Positions 10,102 through 19,689 of a stretch of 64,000 nt of DNA are shown here, piece by piece; the first letter of the stretch is position 1; each line of letters begins with the position of its first letter. The position numbers were made by a program, and so were the translations under genes. Origin of the DNA: an uncultured Pseudomonadota bacterium. GTDB taxonomy: Bacteria; Pseudomonadota; Alphaproteobacteria; Rs-D84. The DNA is taken from contig CADBDF010000005.1 of the NCBI GenBank assembly GCA_902793435.1, forward strand, positions 14,383 through 78,382, written 5' to 3'. The notes under the pieces are model-generated. The model did not search any database and had not been told where the DNA came from. It saw only the letters and a list, made by a program, of their open reading frames with translations.

Positions 10102-10179
10102 GGCGGATGTAGCTCAGTTGGTTAGAGCGTCGGTTTGTGGTACCGAATGTCGCCGGTTCGAATCCGGTTATCCGCCCCA
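10102..10179 (+). tRNA. tRNA-His (anticodon GTG), canonical G-1:C73 type
   Basis: Hand-folded cloverleaf with an extra 5' G pairing with C73, anticodon loop TTGTGGT and an encoded CCA. Confidence 0.9.
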
Positions 10180-10187
10180 TAAAATTC

Positions 10188-10218
10188 AACCCCACCAAAA
10201 CGGTGGGGTTAAATTTTA
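10188..10218 (+). terminator. terminator after the tRNA pair
   Basis: Stem aaccccacc / ggtggggtt followed by a weak T-run. Confidence 0.4.
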
Positions 10219-10360
10219 CCAAGGCGGTCCGGATGAGAACCGGAGGTTCGACAAAATAGCAGGCGAGAACAAACATCGTGATGTTCGAGCCGTTGCGATT
10301 TGGAAAGGGGCCCACAAACGCAGTAAAGTGGGAATATACAATCCGGTTATTCACCCCAGA

Positions 10361-10388
10361 ATAAAACCCGCAATCAGCGGGTTTTATT
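10361..10388 (-). terminator. terminator downstream of 10420..11217
   Basis: Stem aacccgc / gcgggtt followed by a minus-strand U-run. Confidence 0.45.
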
Positions 10389-10419
10389 CAATTATATAAA
10401 TAATATTTATGTTTTTTGA

Positions 10420-11217
10420 TTATTTTGCTTTGTTTTTACCTTCGACTGCATCTGCAATACGGAACAAAGACATGCACAAATCTAAAACGAAATAATATGC
10501 CAAGAATAAGAAATACGCAATCAATGGCAACAAGGCACTCATTATAAAGGTGGATAAATAACTCAATATTTTATAGCCAGATAATTGGTATGAAACTGTT
10601 GCTAAATCGATGCCACTTACAATGCATACTACCATTGCTGCGCCAAATGCTACTGGAACCAAGCGATATATGGCTTTGATTAAAAAAGCGGTCAAAGAAA
10701 TTAAACTTTGTGCAGGCGTTGCAGATTCTTGTATGCGAACATTTAACATTTTTTCAGGCGACAACAACATGACTGCGAAATACAAAGACAACAAGCATAT
10801 TGCGGCGGCTTGTATGGCTTCTGTAAAACTACCATCAAACAACAAGCCGATCGTAGCGATTGCTGTTGCTAATGTGACAATACCACAGAAAAACGCCAAT
10901 ACATCGAAAAATGCGCCATTAACAATAGTCGTTTTTGCTTGATTAATAGAAGGTTTAACATATTCCAGCATTTTGTCAGCAATATATCCAAATATTAAAC
11001 ATGCAACAGCAAAACCGATGGCCACAGCCGCAGGTTCGCCATACATTCTATCTATCAAAGCATCATGACTGGCGCATACAGCAATACCAACAATAGGCAT
11101 ACCTATATACAAACAAACAAGACCAATTTTTTCAGCCCATGTTTCAGCGTTTATGAAAAACTTCACTAATTTGTTATTCTTGAAAATAACCAATCCTTTA
11201 TCAAAAATTTTTTTCAT
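10420..11217 (-). CDS. polytopic membrane protein, unknown function
   Basis: 265 aa with about 6 hydrophobic helices. No recognisable motif. Confidence 0.55.
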   Translation of the reverse strand: MKKIFDKGLVIFKNNKLVKFFINAETWAEKIGLVCLYIGMPIVGIAVCASHDALIDRMYGEPAAVAIGFAVACLIFGYIADKMLEYVKPSINQAKTTIVNGAFFDVLAFFCGIVTLATAIATIGLLFDGSFTEAIQAAAICLLSLYFAVMLLSPEKMLNVRIQESATPAQSLISLTAFLIKAIYRLVPVAFGAAMVVCIVSGIDLATVSYQLSGYKILSYLSTFIMSALLPLIAYFLFLAYYFVLDLCMSLFRIADAVEGKNKAK

Positions 11218-11373
11218 ATATGACTCCTTTTTTATGTTGATACAGGAATTTTATCATTAAACAAAAATACAAGGCAACAATTAAATTCAACCACATGAAC
11301 AGTGTTTTTTTATCTGGCATGATTCTATAAAATATGTTTCAATGACCTATACACATAAAACAAGGGTGACAAT

Positions 11374-12123
11374 ATGACTGATTTTTCGCAATCTGTTAAT
11401 GCTTTACTGGAATATGGTGCCACAGATCCAGAAATAATTAAAGAAATCCAATATGAACGCGATAGGGTAATCTGTTGGATTGAACGCGAACCTGCGTTGT
11501 TTGTGCTGTGTTGTGTCGCTGATAAAAATATTGATGCAAAAATTGTATGGGAAATTCCAAATTATATTCTATGCAGTTCGTTTGCCGATTTAGAAAAAAT
11601 TTCACAATCCCAATGGCAAACCATATTAAAAAAGGCGGGGTATATCAGATGCGCCAAGGTTGCGGATGAATATGTTGATGCAATTAAACATATTAGAAAT
11701 GTTTATGATGGGCATGCTGAAAAAATATGGACGGAATCAAAATCTTTTGCTGAAATAATAGTGAAATTTTTAAAATTCAAAGGAATAGGTAAAAAGATTG
11801 CGACCATGGCGACAAATATGTTAAATCGCTATAAAAATATAGGCAATGATTTTACTGACAAACATTTTATGGACATATCCCCAGATACACACGTAAAACA
11901 AATTTTTAATATGCTGGGATTTGTTGATGATATAAACCAAGATAATACAGATATAATCGTTTATACGGCACGTGCATTAAATCCAGATGCACCGTATTTG
12001 TTGGATTATCCTTGTTATATTATTGGCAAGAAATTTTGTAAAAAACGTGGTAATAAATTGTGCCAAGAATGTCCAATGGGCAAAAAACAATGTTGCCCAA
12101 ATTATGAGAAATACAAAAAATAG
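11374..12123 (+). CDS. HhH-GPD / endonuclease III-like DNA glycosylase family protein with Fe-S-type Cys cluster
   Basis: Helix-hairpin-helix FKGIGKKIATMATNML. ISPDTHVKQIF resembles the Nth VDTHIFRV catalytic Asp context. The C-terminal cluster is C-x7-C-x2-C-x6-C. Confidence 0.55.
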   Translation: MTDFSQSVNALLEYGATDPEIIKEIQYERDRVICWIEREPALFVLCCVADKNIDAKIVWEIPNYILCSSFADLEKISQSQWQTILKKAGYIRCAKVADEYVDAIKHIRNVYDGHAEKIWTESKSFAEIIVKFLKFKGIGKKIATMATNMLNRYKNIGNDFTDKHFMDISPDTHVKQIFNMLGFVDDINQDNTDIIVYTARALNPDAPYLLDYPCYIIGKKFCKKRGNKLCQECPMGKKQCCPNYEKYKK

Positions 12124-12225
12124 ATTTATATATTTTGTTAAATAAAAACATTTGTCCTTACACAAAAGGGGATGTTTTTTATAACTTTTATTGACTAAAA
12201 ATGCAAAAAGCGGTATCATATAATT

Positions 12226-13236
12226 ATGAAAAAAATAACATATTCTTTAATTGCGTTATTATTGGCGGCTTGCGGTCCAGATGACGTATCACAATGCAAA
12301 AAAATCAAAAACATAAATTGGGCAAATCGTGATTCTGCGATAAAAATATATAATGGCTGTATTGGTGATGCGGTTGATACGCCTGATGATAAATTGGTAT
12401 CTTTGCCGGAATCAAAAATAGATTCCATGTTGTATTTATCGTATATTTATTTAACGGATAAATCGCATTATGATTGGGATTTGGCAATAAAAATGTTAAA
12501 TACGGCAACAAAATCGATGTTGCAAAAATGTCAATATGCCTCAATCAATGGTGAAATTTTGGAAAGATATGGAAACTATTGTTATCATTATTACGATTTT
12601 AATAAAATGACATATACGATAACGCCAACACCAATCAACACAATTGATGATGCGATGTTTGTGTATCAAATGTCTATGCCATGCGTTTATATGGATATGA
12701 TACGCGAAAATGAAGATGCGTTAAAATTGATAGAAGCATGGTTTGGTTCAACGCGTGATTTATCGATTCCGTCTGTTTGCGAATATGAAATTAGTGGAAA
12801 ATTCATAGATTTTGATGATTTCTTTGATGCGGACGGTTTGGAATATTTGTTGTCTTTAAATTCATTTGGCGAAATTGATGGCACAATCCGTTTTGGATAC
12901 AGAACATCAAATTACCATGATTTTATTTACATGATGACATATCCAACGCACTTTTTTAAAACAGACAACTTGGACGATATATATGTCGAACGCACCGCAT
13001 ATTGCGATTGGGAAACAGATGATGCCGATTGTGACGACAAAGATGTTCATATTACCGCCACAGATTTAGAATCAAAAATATTGGCAAATTCGCATGCAAA
13101 ACGCGGTTATGAAAAAATGAAAACAACATTGGAAAAATATTATATAACGGTTTTGAAAATGGATACTGCGACGGCAAAAAAATATGCGCGGTTCAGTGCC
13201 GACAAAATGTTGTTGGATTATATTTATATGATGTAA
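12226..13236 (+). CDS. lipoprotein, unknown function
   Basis: Lipobox LLAAC after a basic/hydrophobic leader, within a 336-aa ORF. Confidence 0.55.
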   Translation: MKKITYSLIALLLAACGPDDVSQCKKIKNINWANRDSAIKIYNGCIGDAVDTPDDKLVSLPESKIDSMLYLSYIYLTDKSHYDWDLAIKMLNTATKSMLQKCQYASINGEILERYGNYCYHYYDFNKMTYTITPTPINTIDDAMFVYQMSMPCVYMDMIRENEDALKLIEAWFGSTRDLSIPSVCEYEISGKFIDFDDFFDADGLEYLLSLNSFGEIDGTIRFGYRTSNYHDFIYMMTYPTHFFKTDNLDDIYVERTAYCDWETDDADCDDKDVHITATDLESKILANSHAKRGYEKMKTTLEKYYITVLKMDTATAKKYARFSADKMLLDYIYMM

Positions 13237-13266
13237 AAAAAACGCCCGATATCTTCGGGCGTTTTA
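13235..13266. terminator. bidirectional terminator between convergent genes
   Basis: Stem acgcccg / cgggcgt flanked by an A-run and a T-run. Confidence 0.6.
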
Positions 13267-13269
13267 ATT

Positions 13270-15066
13270 TTAACCAACCAATTTTCTCCAAATGGATTTC
13301 TTTTGCGGTTGTTTCTTTTTTGCATGTCTGCGTGGCGCAGTTGTTGTTGTTCGCTTTGCCTCGACATGTTGTGCATTTTTCTTTTTAGCATCGGTTGATG
13401 GGGTATGAGCCGCCAAAACATCGTCTGTTTTAACTTGTTCTGGGGCAACGCGTTGAATAGAATATTGGTCAATATTCATCAAACTGTCATCACCAACGAT
13501 AACGATTTCTGTTTCGAATTCATTTTCCATTGCCGATAATTCTGCACGTTTTTGATTCAACAAATAAATTGCGACATCGGTTGGAACCGTCATAATAATT
13601 TTCTGGGCAGATTTTGCCAGCAATTTTTCTTGCAAATGACGGAATAATATAATCGAAGCCGTTTGAATACTTGGCACGACACCGGCACCCATACAGTGCG
13701 GACATGCAACATACGAAGATTCAATGAAACTGCTGCGCATACGTTGGCGCGACAACATCATTACACCAAACGCATTGATTTTTGCAACCTGGGTGCGTGC
13801 GCGGTCGCGTTTCATAACCTCGCGCATTTTCATTTCTAACTTACGATTGTTGCGTTCTTCTTCCATATCGATAAAGTCAATTGCAACAATCCCCGCCAAA
13901 TCACGCAACCTTAATTGCAACGCGATTTCTTCAGCGGCTTCCAAGTTAGTATTCAAAGCGGTTTGTTCAATATCTTTTTCTTTGATTGCGCGTGATGAAT
14001 TAACATCGATTGTCACCATGGCTTCGGTTTGATTGATAACAATTGAACCACCCGATGGCAAAACGACATATGGTCCATGCAAACCTTCCAACTGTTTTTC
14101 AACACCGGCCTTGACCATAATTGGCAACGCGACATCTTTATACAGTGTGATTTGTTTGCGTGGTGCGCGTCCGTACAATTGCTGGAAATAAGTTTTTGCA
14201 GCATCAAACGCTTCTTCGCCTTGGATAACCATAGAATCATCTTTATCGCTGATAAAATCACGAACAACACGACGGAGCAGGGAATCTTCGGCATGAATAA
14301 TGACCGGTGCAACAGATTCCAATGTTGTTTTACGAATATCGTTCCACAAATTCACCAAATAATCATAGTCTTTGGCAATATCATCAGCGGACGCACCTGC
14401 GGCGGCAGTACGCAAAACAACGGTCATACCGCGTGGAATTTTCAGGTTGTGTAGTATTTCACGCAATCTGGCACGTTCAGCCTTGTCAGAAATCTTTTTA
14501 GAAATTCCATAACTGTTGCGTTTGCGTGAATTAGGCATCAAAACCGCAAAACGACCCGCCAAAGACAAATATGTTGTCATCGAGGCGCCTTTGCAACCAC
14601 GTTCTTCTTTAACACCTTGAATCAATAAAATTTGTTTTGGTTTGATAACGTCTTGGATTTTGAATTCGCGTGCGCGTTTCAAAAATTCTTTATTATCTTC
14701 CCCAGAATTTTGGTCATCGAATTCGGCAACCTCGTCATTTTCTTCATCTGGGTCTGTATCGTCATCAACGATATTGGCATGTGCCAATTCCAATAATTTC
14801 TTTTTTTGTTCTGGGGTCACCTGGTAATAATCAGGATGGATTTCTGAAAAAGGCAAAAATCCGTTTTTCCCAGTTCCATAATCAACGAACGCGGCCTGAA
14901 GCGATGGTTCAACACGTATAACCTTGGCCAGATAAATGTTCCCTTTTATCTGGGGCTTAGTCGTTGTTTCTACATCAAAATCAGACACGCGGCCGGTTTC
15001 GGAATCAACAACAACAACGCGTGTTTCTTCCGGATGGACAGCATCCACGTATATTTTTTTTGACAT
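13270..15066 (-). CDS. rne: ribonuclease E/G family endoribonuclease (short RNase E)
   Basis: S1 domain (GNIYLAKVIRVEPSLQAAFVDYG) interrupted by an acidic insert as in alphaproteobacterial RNase E. It has a catalytic core, a Zn-link CPHCxG and a basic C-terminal tail. Confidence 0.9.
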   Translation of the reverse strand: MSKKIYVDAVHPEETRVVVVDSETGRVSDFDVETTTKPQIKGNIYLAKVIRVEPSLQAAFVDYGTGKNGFLPFSEIHPDYYQVTPEQKKKLLELAHANIVDDDTDPDEENDEVAEFDDQNSGEDNKEFLKRAREFKIQDVIKPKQILLIQGVKEERGCKGASMTTYLSLAGRFAVLMPNSRKRNSYGISKKISDKAERARLREILHNLKIPRGMTVVLRTAAAGASADDIAKDYDYLVNLWNDIRKTTLESVAPVIIHAEDSLLRRVVRDFISDKDDSMVIQGEEAFDAAKTYFQQLYGRAPRKQITLYKDVALPIMVKAGVEKQLEGLHGPYVVLPSGGSIVINQTEAMVTIDVNSSRAIKEKDIEQTALNTNLEAAEEIALQLRLRDLAGIVAIDFIDMEEERNNRKLEMKMREVMKRDRARTQVAKINAFGVMMLSRQRMRSSFIESSYVACPHCMGAGVVPSIQTASIILFRHLQEKLLAKSAQKIIMTVPTDVAIYLLNQKRAELSAMENEFETEIVIVGDDSLMNIDQYSIQRVAPEQVKTDDVLAAHTPSTDAKKKNAQHVEAKRTTTTAPRRHAKKKQPQKKSIWRKLVG

Positions 15067-15300
15067 ATAATAATCCTTTTGCGTTCATGCGCATACACAT
15101 ACGGATACAACCCGTCCCCATGGGGCAATCCCGCCCATGCCAAGGGAGGCAACCACCGATACCACACATCGCCATGCGAATTGCAGAAATTAGAATTAAA
15201 AATACTAAAACTAACCCCGTTAATATGCGACTGGGTCAAGGTTATCAAACATAGTTTATAAAAGCAAGTTAAAAGGAAAAAATGCGTAAAAATGAACGGT

Positions 15301-16197
15301 TTATCGCTCGCCGGTCCTGGCAACCAATGTGACGCCGATTTGTAAATATTGATTTATTTTATCTAAATGCCAATCCATCAATTTTCCATACCCAGAATCA
15401 TTAAACCCAGATTGATGACTAATTGCATATTGCTTTCTGTTGTTAAATGTTTGTTGCATTTCTGGATAATTAAAAGAATTTCGGCAAATGTTTTGGAAAA
15501 TAAAACCATCAACATGATCTTGGGGGTGGGTTTTATACAATTCTGTCAAAGAATTATACATAATATAATCTAACACCTGGACAGATTGTTTTATTGCTGG
15601 ATTTACATTGCCATTGAACACAGGAACCGTTTTTACATGATTATTTACGATATAAAAAGTATATTTTTTTGGGTCTGCAACCGCAGCACCATAATTACCC
15701 AGGCTCAAAACAGGACCTTGGTATAAATGCAAATCCATATATTGTTGTATTGGGTGGCGGTTTAAATCGCGACTGGCGATATCGTACAGTAAAACAACCA
15801 TTTTATTAGCGGTATCGGCATCATATATAAATTCGCTTTTAAGACCAATTATTGAAAAATGATTATGTAAATACTGCATTTTTGCACATGGGATAATTAA
15901 ATTAGCCAACTGAATTAAATTATCACATTGTGGTAATTCTGCATTTAATCTGTTTCGCAATTTTTGTGCAGACACGTTAAAATCTTTGGGTATTTTAAAA
16001 GATGTATTTAATATCTCTGGATGTTTTATATCCGGCAAAAACAATTTTTGCCAATCATATTGTATTGGAATAGATAATTGTAAATCGTCCGCCATAAATA
16101 TATACCTGTTGCGTGTTTGTCTATTAATCACTATACCGACAAAATCCACAATTACAAGTTTTTTATTGGTTTTATGCGCGTTTTTAAACAAAAACAC
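15301..16197 (-). CDS. hypothetical protein
   Basis: 298-aa ORF. An alternative ATG start lies at 16095 (MADDLQLSI). No motif recognised. Confidence 0.45.
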   Translation of the reverse strand: MFLFKNAHKTNKKLVIVDFVGIVINRQTRNRYIFMADDLQLSIPIQYDWQKLFLPDIKHPEILNTSFKIPKDFNVSAQKLRNRLNAELPQCDNLIQLANLIIPCAKMQYLHNHFSIIGLKSEFIYDADTANKMVVLLYDIASRDLNRHPIQQYMDLHLYQGPVLSLGNYGAAVADPKKYTFYIVNNHVKTVPVFNGNVNPAIKQSVQVLDYIMYNSLTELYKTHPQDHVDGFIFQNICRNSFNYPEMQQTFNNRKQYAISHQSGFNDSGYGKLMDWHLDKINQYLQIGVTLVARTGER

Positions 16198-16234
16198 CGC
16201 CCATTTGGGCGGTTTTAAATTGCTAAATCTGGCT

Positions 16235-17536
16235 TTATTTGGAACCGCCTAACCAGTCAGACAAAATATCACCTGATTTAATGTATTCTGGTGTATCAGG
16301 TTTTAATACAGATTGGGCTTTTTTTGCAAATTGTTTGGCTTTTTTTTCATTTCCGTTCATATTATAAAATTCAGCCATTGCCCAATATTCGCGTCCATCA
16401 TCATACAGTTTGCTTAAAACCCAGTATGTCAAAGGTGCTTTTTCATGCAACAAAGCGGTTTTGCATAATTCTGTGGCACGCGCATCATCGTTTGGCTTTT
16501 TTCTTTCCGCCAAAACCAATGCCAATGCCGTTTGGATTTGTGGTGCATTTGGTTCCAGTTTCAAAGCCATTTCGTATGCACTTGCACTGTCGTCATAATG
16601 TCCAAATTGATATTCTATGTCGCCCAATAATTCAAAAAAATAAGGGTTTTTCGGGTCGCGTCCAATCAGTGTTCGTGTGCCTTGGGCGGCCGCGGTCAGC
16701 GCACCACGTCGCATGTTTCCAATGGCACGTGCATAAATGGCAGGACTGGTTGTGTCACGATAAGGGTATTTATCCAAAATTCTTTGTTCAGGATACAGGT
16801 ATCCAATCAACTTGGCACGCACCAATTCATATTCGTCATTTGAATATTTTGTGAATTCGCCATCATGTTTGACGTTTTTTAACTTTTCACGCGTATTTTT
16901 TAATCGTTCATTTGTCAAAGGGTGATTTGTGTTGTGTTTGCTGATTTTTGATTCTGTTGCACCAATCATATCGTTCATTTGATTAAATACGGTCAGTAAT
17001 CCTGCCGGATTTATATTTGCGCGCACCATCAAATCCACAGCCAAATCATCGGCAATTCGTTCTTCGTCACGTGAAAAAGATAACAAAGATTGTTTTGCAA
17101 CACCGCCGGCACCCGCCAACACACCCGCACCCAATGTTGGATTGCCACCAGCGACCATTAATCCAATACCCAATGCCTGAATCATCAATGCGCGTTTCAT
17201 TTCGGCTTCCATTCGGGCAGACATTTGTTGAATATGACCCCCAACGGTGTGTCCTAATTCGTGTGCCACAACCGCCTGTAATGCATTTACATCATGTATC
17301 CGCATTAACAATCCTGTGTATAAAAAAACATCTTCGCCACCGGTCACGAACGCATTAAAATCTGTGTCATTTACAATATGTATTTTTAATCTGGATTCTG
17401 GAATGTTCGCCGCCGTTGCCACCGGTGCAATTATTTTGTGTAATAATTTTTCTGTTTCTGTATCTGTAATCACAGACAACGCATGCGCTGGGGCAATTAC
17501 AAATATAAAAAATAAAAATATCAAAATTTTATGCAT
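16235..17536 (-). CDS. periplasmic M48 metalloprotease with TPR domain (BepA-like)
   Basis: Signal peptide, HELGH motif and a C-terminal TPR-like region. It overlaps the recG stop by 8 nt. Confidence 0.85.
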   Translation of the reverse strand: MHKILIFLFFIFVIAPAHALSVITDTETEKLLHKIIAPVATAANIPESRLKIHIVNDTDFNAFVTGGEDVFLYTGLLMRIHDVNALQAVVAHELGHTVGGHIQQMSARMEAEMKRALMIQALGIGLMVAGGNPTLGAGVLAGAGGVAKQSLLSFSRDEERIADDLAVDLMVRANINPAGLLTVFNQMNDMIGATESKISKHNTNHPLTNERLKNTREKLKNVKHDGEFTKYSNDEYELVRAKLIGYLYPEQRILDKYPYRDTTSPAIYARAIGNMRRGALTAAAQGTRTLIGRDPKNPYFFELLGDIEYQFGHYDDSASAYEMALKLEPNAPQIQTALALVLAERKKPNDDARATELCKTALLHEKAPLTYWVLSKLYDDGREYWAMAEFYNMNGNEKKAKQFAKKAQSVLKPDTPEYIKSGDILSDWLGGSK

Positions 17537-19589
17537 TTATATTACCCACACAATTAAATATATTCATTAAATCTTGCGTCCATTGTGACACATTATTATC
17601 CGCCGCCGCGCGTGCCGCCAATTTGAATAAATCCCTGTGTTCGCGCCAATCTGCGAAATGATATTGAATCCATCCGCTTTGTCGTGTTCCCAACAATTCG
17701 CCAACACCACGCATCATTAAATCTTGTTCTGCAATAACGAATCCATCATCAGTTTCACATAATACGTCCAACCGTTTTAATCCGTCCGGACTGATGTTCA
17801 TACCATATAATAGTATGCAGAAAGATTGAATGTTTCCGCGTCCAACACGCCCACGTAATTGATGTAAAGTTGCCAGTCCAAACTGTTCGGCATTTTCAAT
17901 AACGATTATAGATGCTTTTGGCACATCAATTCCAACCTCTATCACAGTTGTTGCGACCAACAAAGACATATTGGAATTATTGTCTGCAAATTCAGCCATA
18001 ATTTTATCGCGTGCTTCTTTTGACATTTGCCCATGCACTAATCCTACATTTTTAAATATCTGGCTCAACATTTCATGCCGCGCCACCGCCGCACCAACGC
18101 CTAATCCATTTTCATCTTGGACCAAAGGACAAATCCAGAACACCTTTGCGCCATCGTCAATTTGTTGTTTAATTCGTGTGATTAAGTCATTTGTGCGTGC
18201 AATTGGTAATTTAGTTGTGCGTATTGGTAATCGGCCACTGGGTTTTTCATTTATGATTGAAACGTCCATATCGCCATACATCGTCATAGACAAAGTTCGC
18301 GGTATTGGTGTTGCCGACAAAGCCAACAAATCGACCAAAATACCTTTGTTGCGTAAAGCCTCGCGTTGATTGACACCAAAACGATGCTGTTCATCAACGA
18401 TGACTAATCCTAAATCTTTATATTCTACATCTGTTGAAAATAGGGCGTGCGTTCCAATTACAATCTTGGTTCGTCCAGATCGCAAAGATATTAATTTTTC
18501 ACGACGGCTTGCACCTTTGTCGCGCCCAGTTAAAACATCGACAACAATTCCCAGTTTTTCACACATAGGTTTTATTTTTGCGAAATGTTGTTGTGCCAAT
18601 GTATCTGTGGGTGCCAACAAAGCGGTTTGTCCGCCAGTTTCCGCCATATTTAAAGCAGCAATCAACGCAACAATAGTTTTGCCCGACCCAACATCGCCTT
18701 GGACCAGGCGCATCATTGGCACAGGTGCCACCATATCTTTTTTTATTTCATCAACGACGCGTTGTTGTGCATTGGTTAATTTATAAGGTAATGTGTCATA
18801 AAATTTATTCAGGTAATCATACTTTTTAACACGAACCGCGCGTTGATTTTTCTGTTGAATTCTTGCGCGACGACTGATTGCGATTGCACTTTGGTGTGCC
18901 AATAATTCGCAGTAAGCCAACTTTGCAACGTATGTTGAATTTGGTAATAATTCCCCAGACGACTTTGCAAAATGCACATGTCGCAACGCATCAAAAAATT
19001 CGACCAATAATTCATCATCATCGCCCGATATAATAGAATCCATTTTCGCAAAAATCTGGTCGCGCACAGATGTAAAAATTTTTTGTGTTAATCCTTCGCC
19101 ACTGGGGTAAATTGCCTGGGCAGATGGAATTTTATCGGCGGCATCCATTGTTTCTATAAATTCTGGGTGATTCATTACAGGCGGATTTCCTGCTTCTATT
19201 TTACCACTAACCATACGCCAACTGCCAACCGGCAGTTTATTTAACCAATATTCTGTATATTTTGAATTAAAGAATTGAATTGCAACACGATATCCCAACT
19301 TATCAACGCATAAAACACGTGTCGCACGTGCGCGTCGCAACCAAGGTGCAGATTTTCCAGGACTTTTATGTGATTTTACCAATAAAGGCACCGTAATAAT
19401 CGCGCCGGTATCAACATTTGCGACGGATTCACTTATTTCGCGATTGCGCACATACGCAGGTTTATGTAATAAAAAATCCAATACCCGCCGTCCGCCCAAA
19501 ACATCATTGAACCGTTCGGCCAAAACAGGACCTACGCCTTTGATGAATTGTAAATCAGTATTTAAAAAATCGGCAATTTCACGTCTCAT
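17529..19589 (-). CDS. recG: ATP-dependent DNA helicase RecG
   Basis: Wedge domain, GDVGSGKT, DEQHRFG and QLRGRVGR motifs. The start was set at the ATG at 19589 (MRREIADF). The track ORF extends to 19643. Confidence 0.93.
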   Translation of the reverse strand: MRREIADFLNTDLQFIKGVGPVLAERFNDVLGGRRVLDFLLHKPAYVRNREISESVANVDTGAIITVPLLVKSHKSPGKSAPWLRRARATRVLCVDKLGYRVAIQFFNSKYTEYWLNKLPVGSWRMVSGKIEAGNPPVMNHPEFIETMDAADKIPSAQAIYPSGEGLTQKIFTSVRDQIFAKMDSIISGDDDELLVEFFDALRHVHFAKSSGELLPNSTYVAKLAYCELLAHQSAIAISRRARIQQKNQRAVRVKKYDYLNKFYDTLPYKLTNAQQRVVDEIKKDMVAPVPMMRLVQGDVGSGKTIVALIAALNMAETGGQTALLAPTDTLAQQHFAKIKPMCEKLGIVVDVLTGRDKGASRREKLISLRSGRTKIVIGTHALFSTDVEYKDLGLVIVDEQHRFGVNQREALRNKGILVDLLALSATPIPRTLSMTMYGDMDVSIINEKPSGRLPIRTTKLPIARTNDLITRIKQQIDDGAKVFWICPLVQDENGLGVGAAVARHEMLSQIFKNVGLVHGQMSKEARDKIMAEFADNNSNMSLLVATTVIEVGIDVPKASIIVIENAEQFGLATLHQLRGRVGRGNIQSFCILLYGMNISPDGLKRLDVLCETDDGFVIAEQDLMMRGVGELLGTRQSGWIQYHFADWREHRDLFKLAARAAADNNVSQWTQDLMNIFNCVGNINA

Positions 19590-19689
19590 AATAATAAAAG
19601 TATAAAAATTCACTTTTTTAAGCAAGTGAATTAAAATTTGCATTTCATTTTATATGTTGATAATATACCTTTTTGCCAAAGGGGAAAAA

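Noticed and set aside
10212-10360. A 150-nt spacer between two terminators after tRNA-His. I considered a tmRNA piece (ggaggttcgac resembles the tmRNA 5' region) or another sRNA.
   Set aside because: There is no GGGG acceptor start and no T-arm/CCA partner. No reading frame gives a tag ending in (L/V)AA-stop. The flanking hairpins are explained as terminators of the tRNAs and of 10420..11217. It cannot be supported without a covariance-model search (Infernal/Rfam).
9968-10399. Track ORFs 9968..10354 (-) and 9995..10399 (+).
   Set aside because: They run straight through two well-folded tRNA genes and their terminators, so they are spurious.
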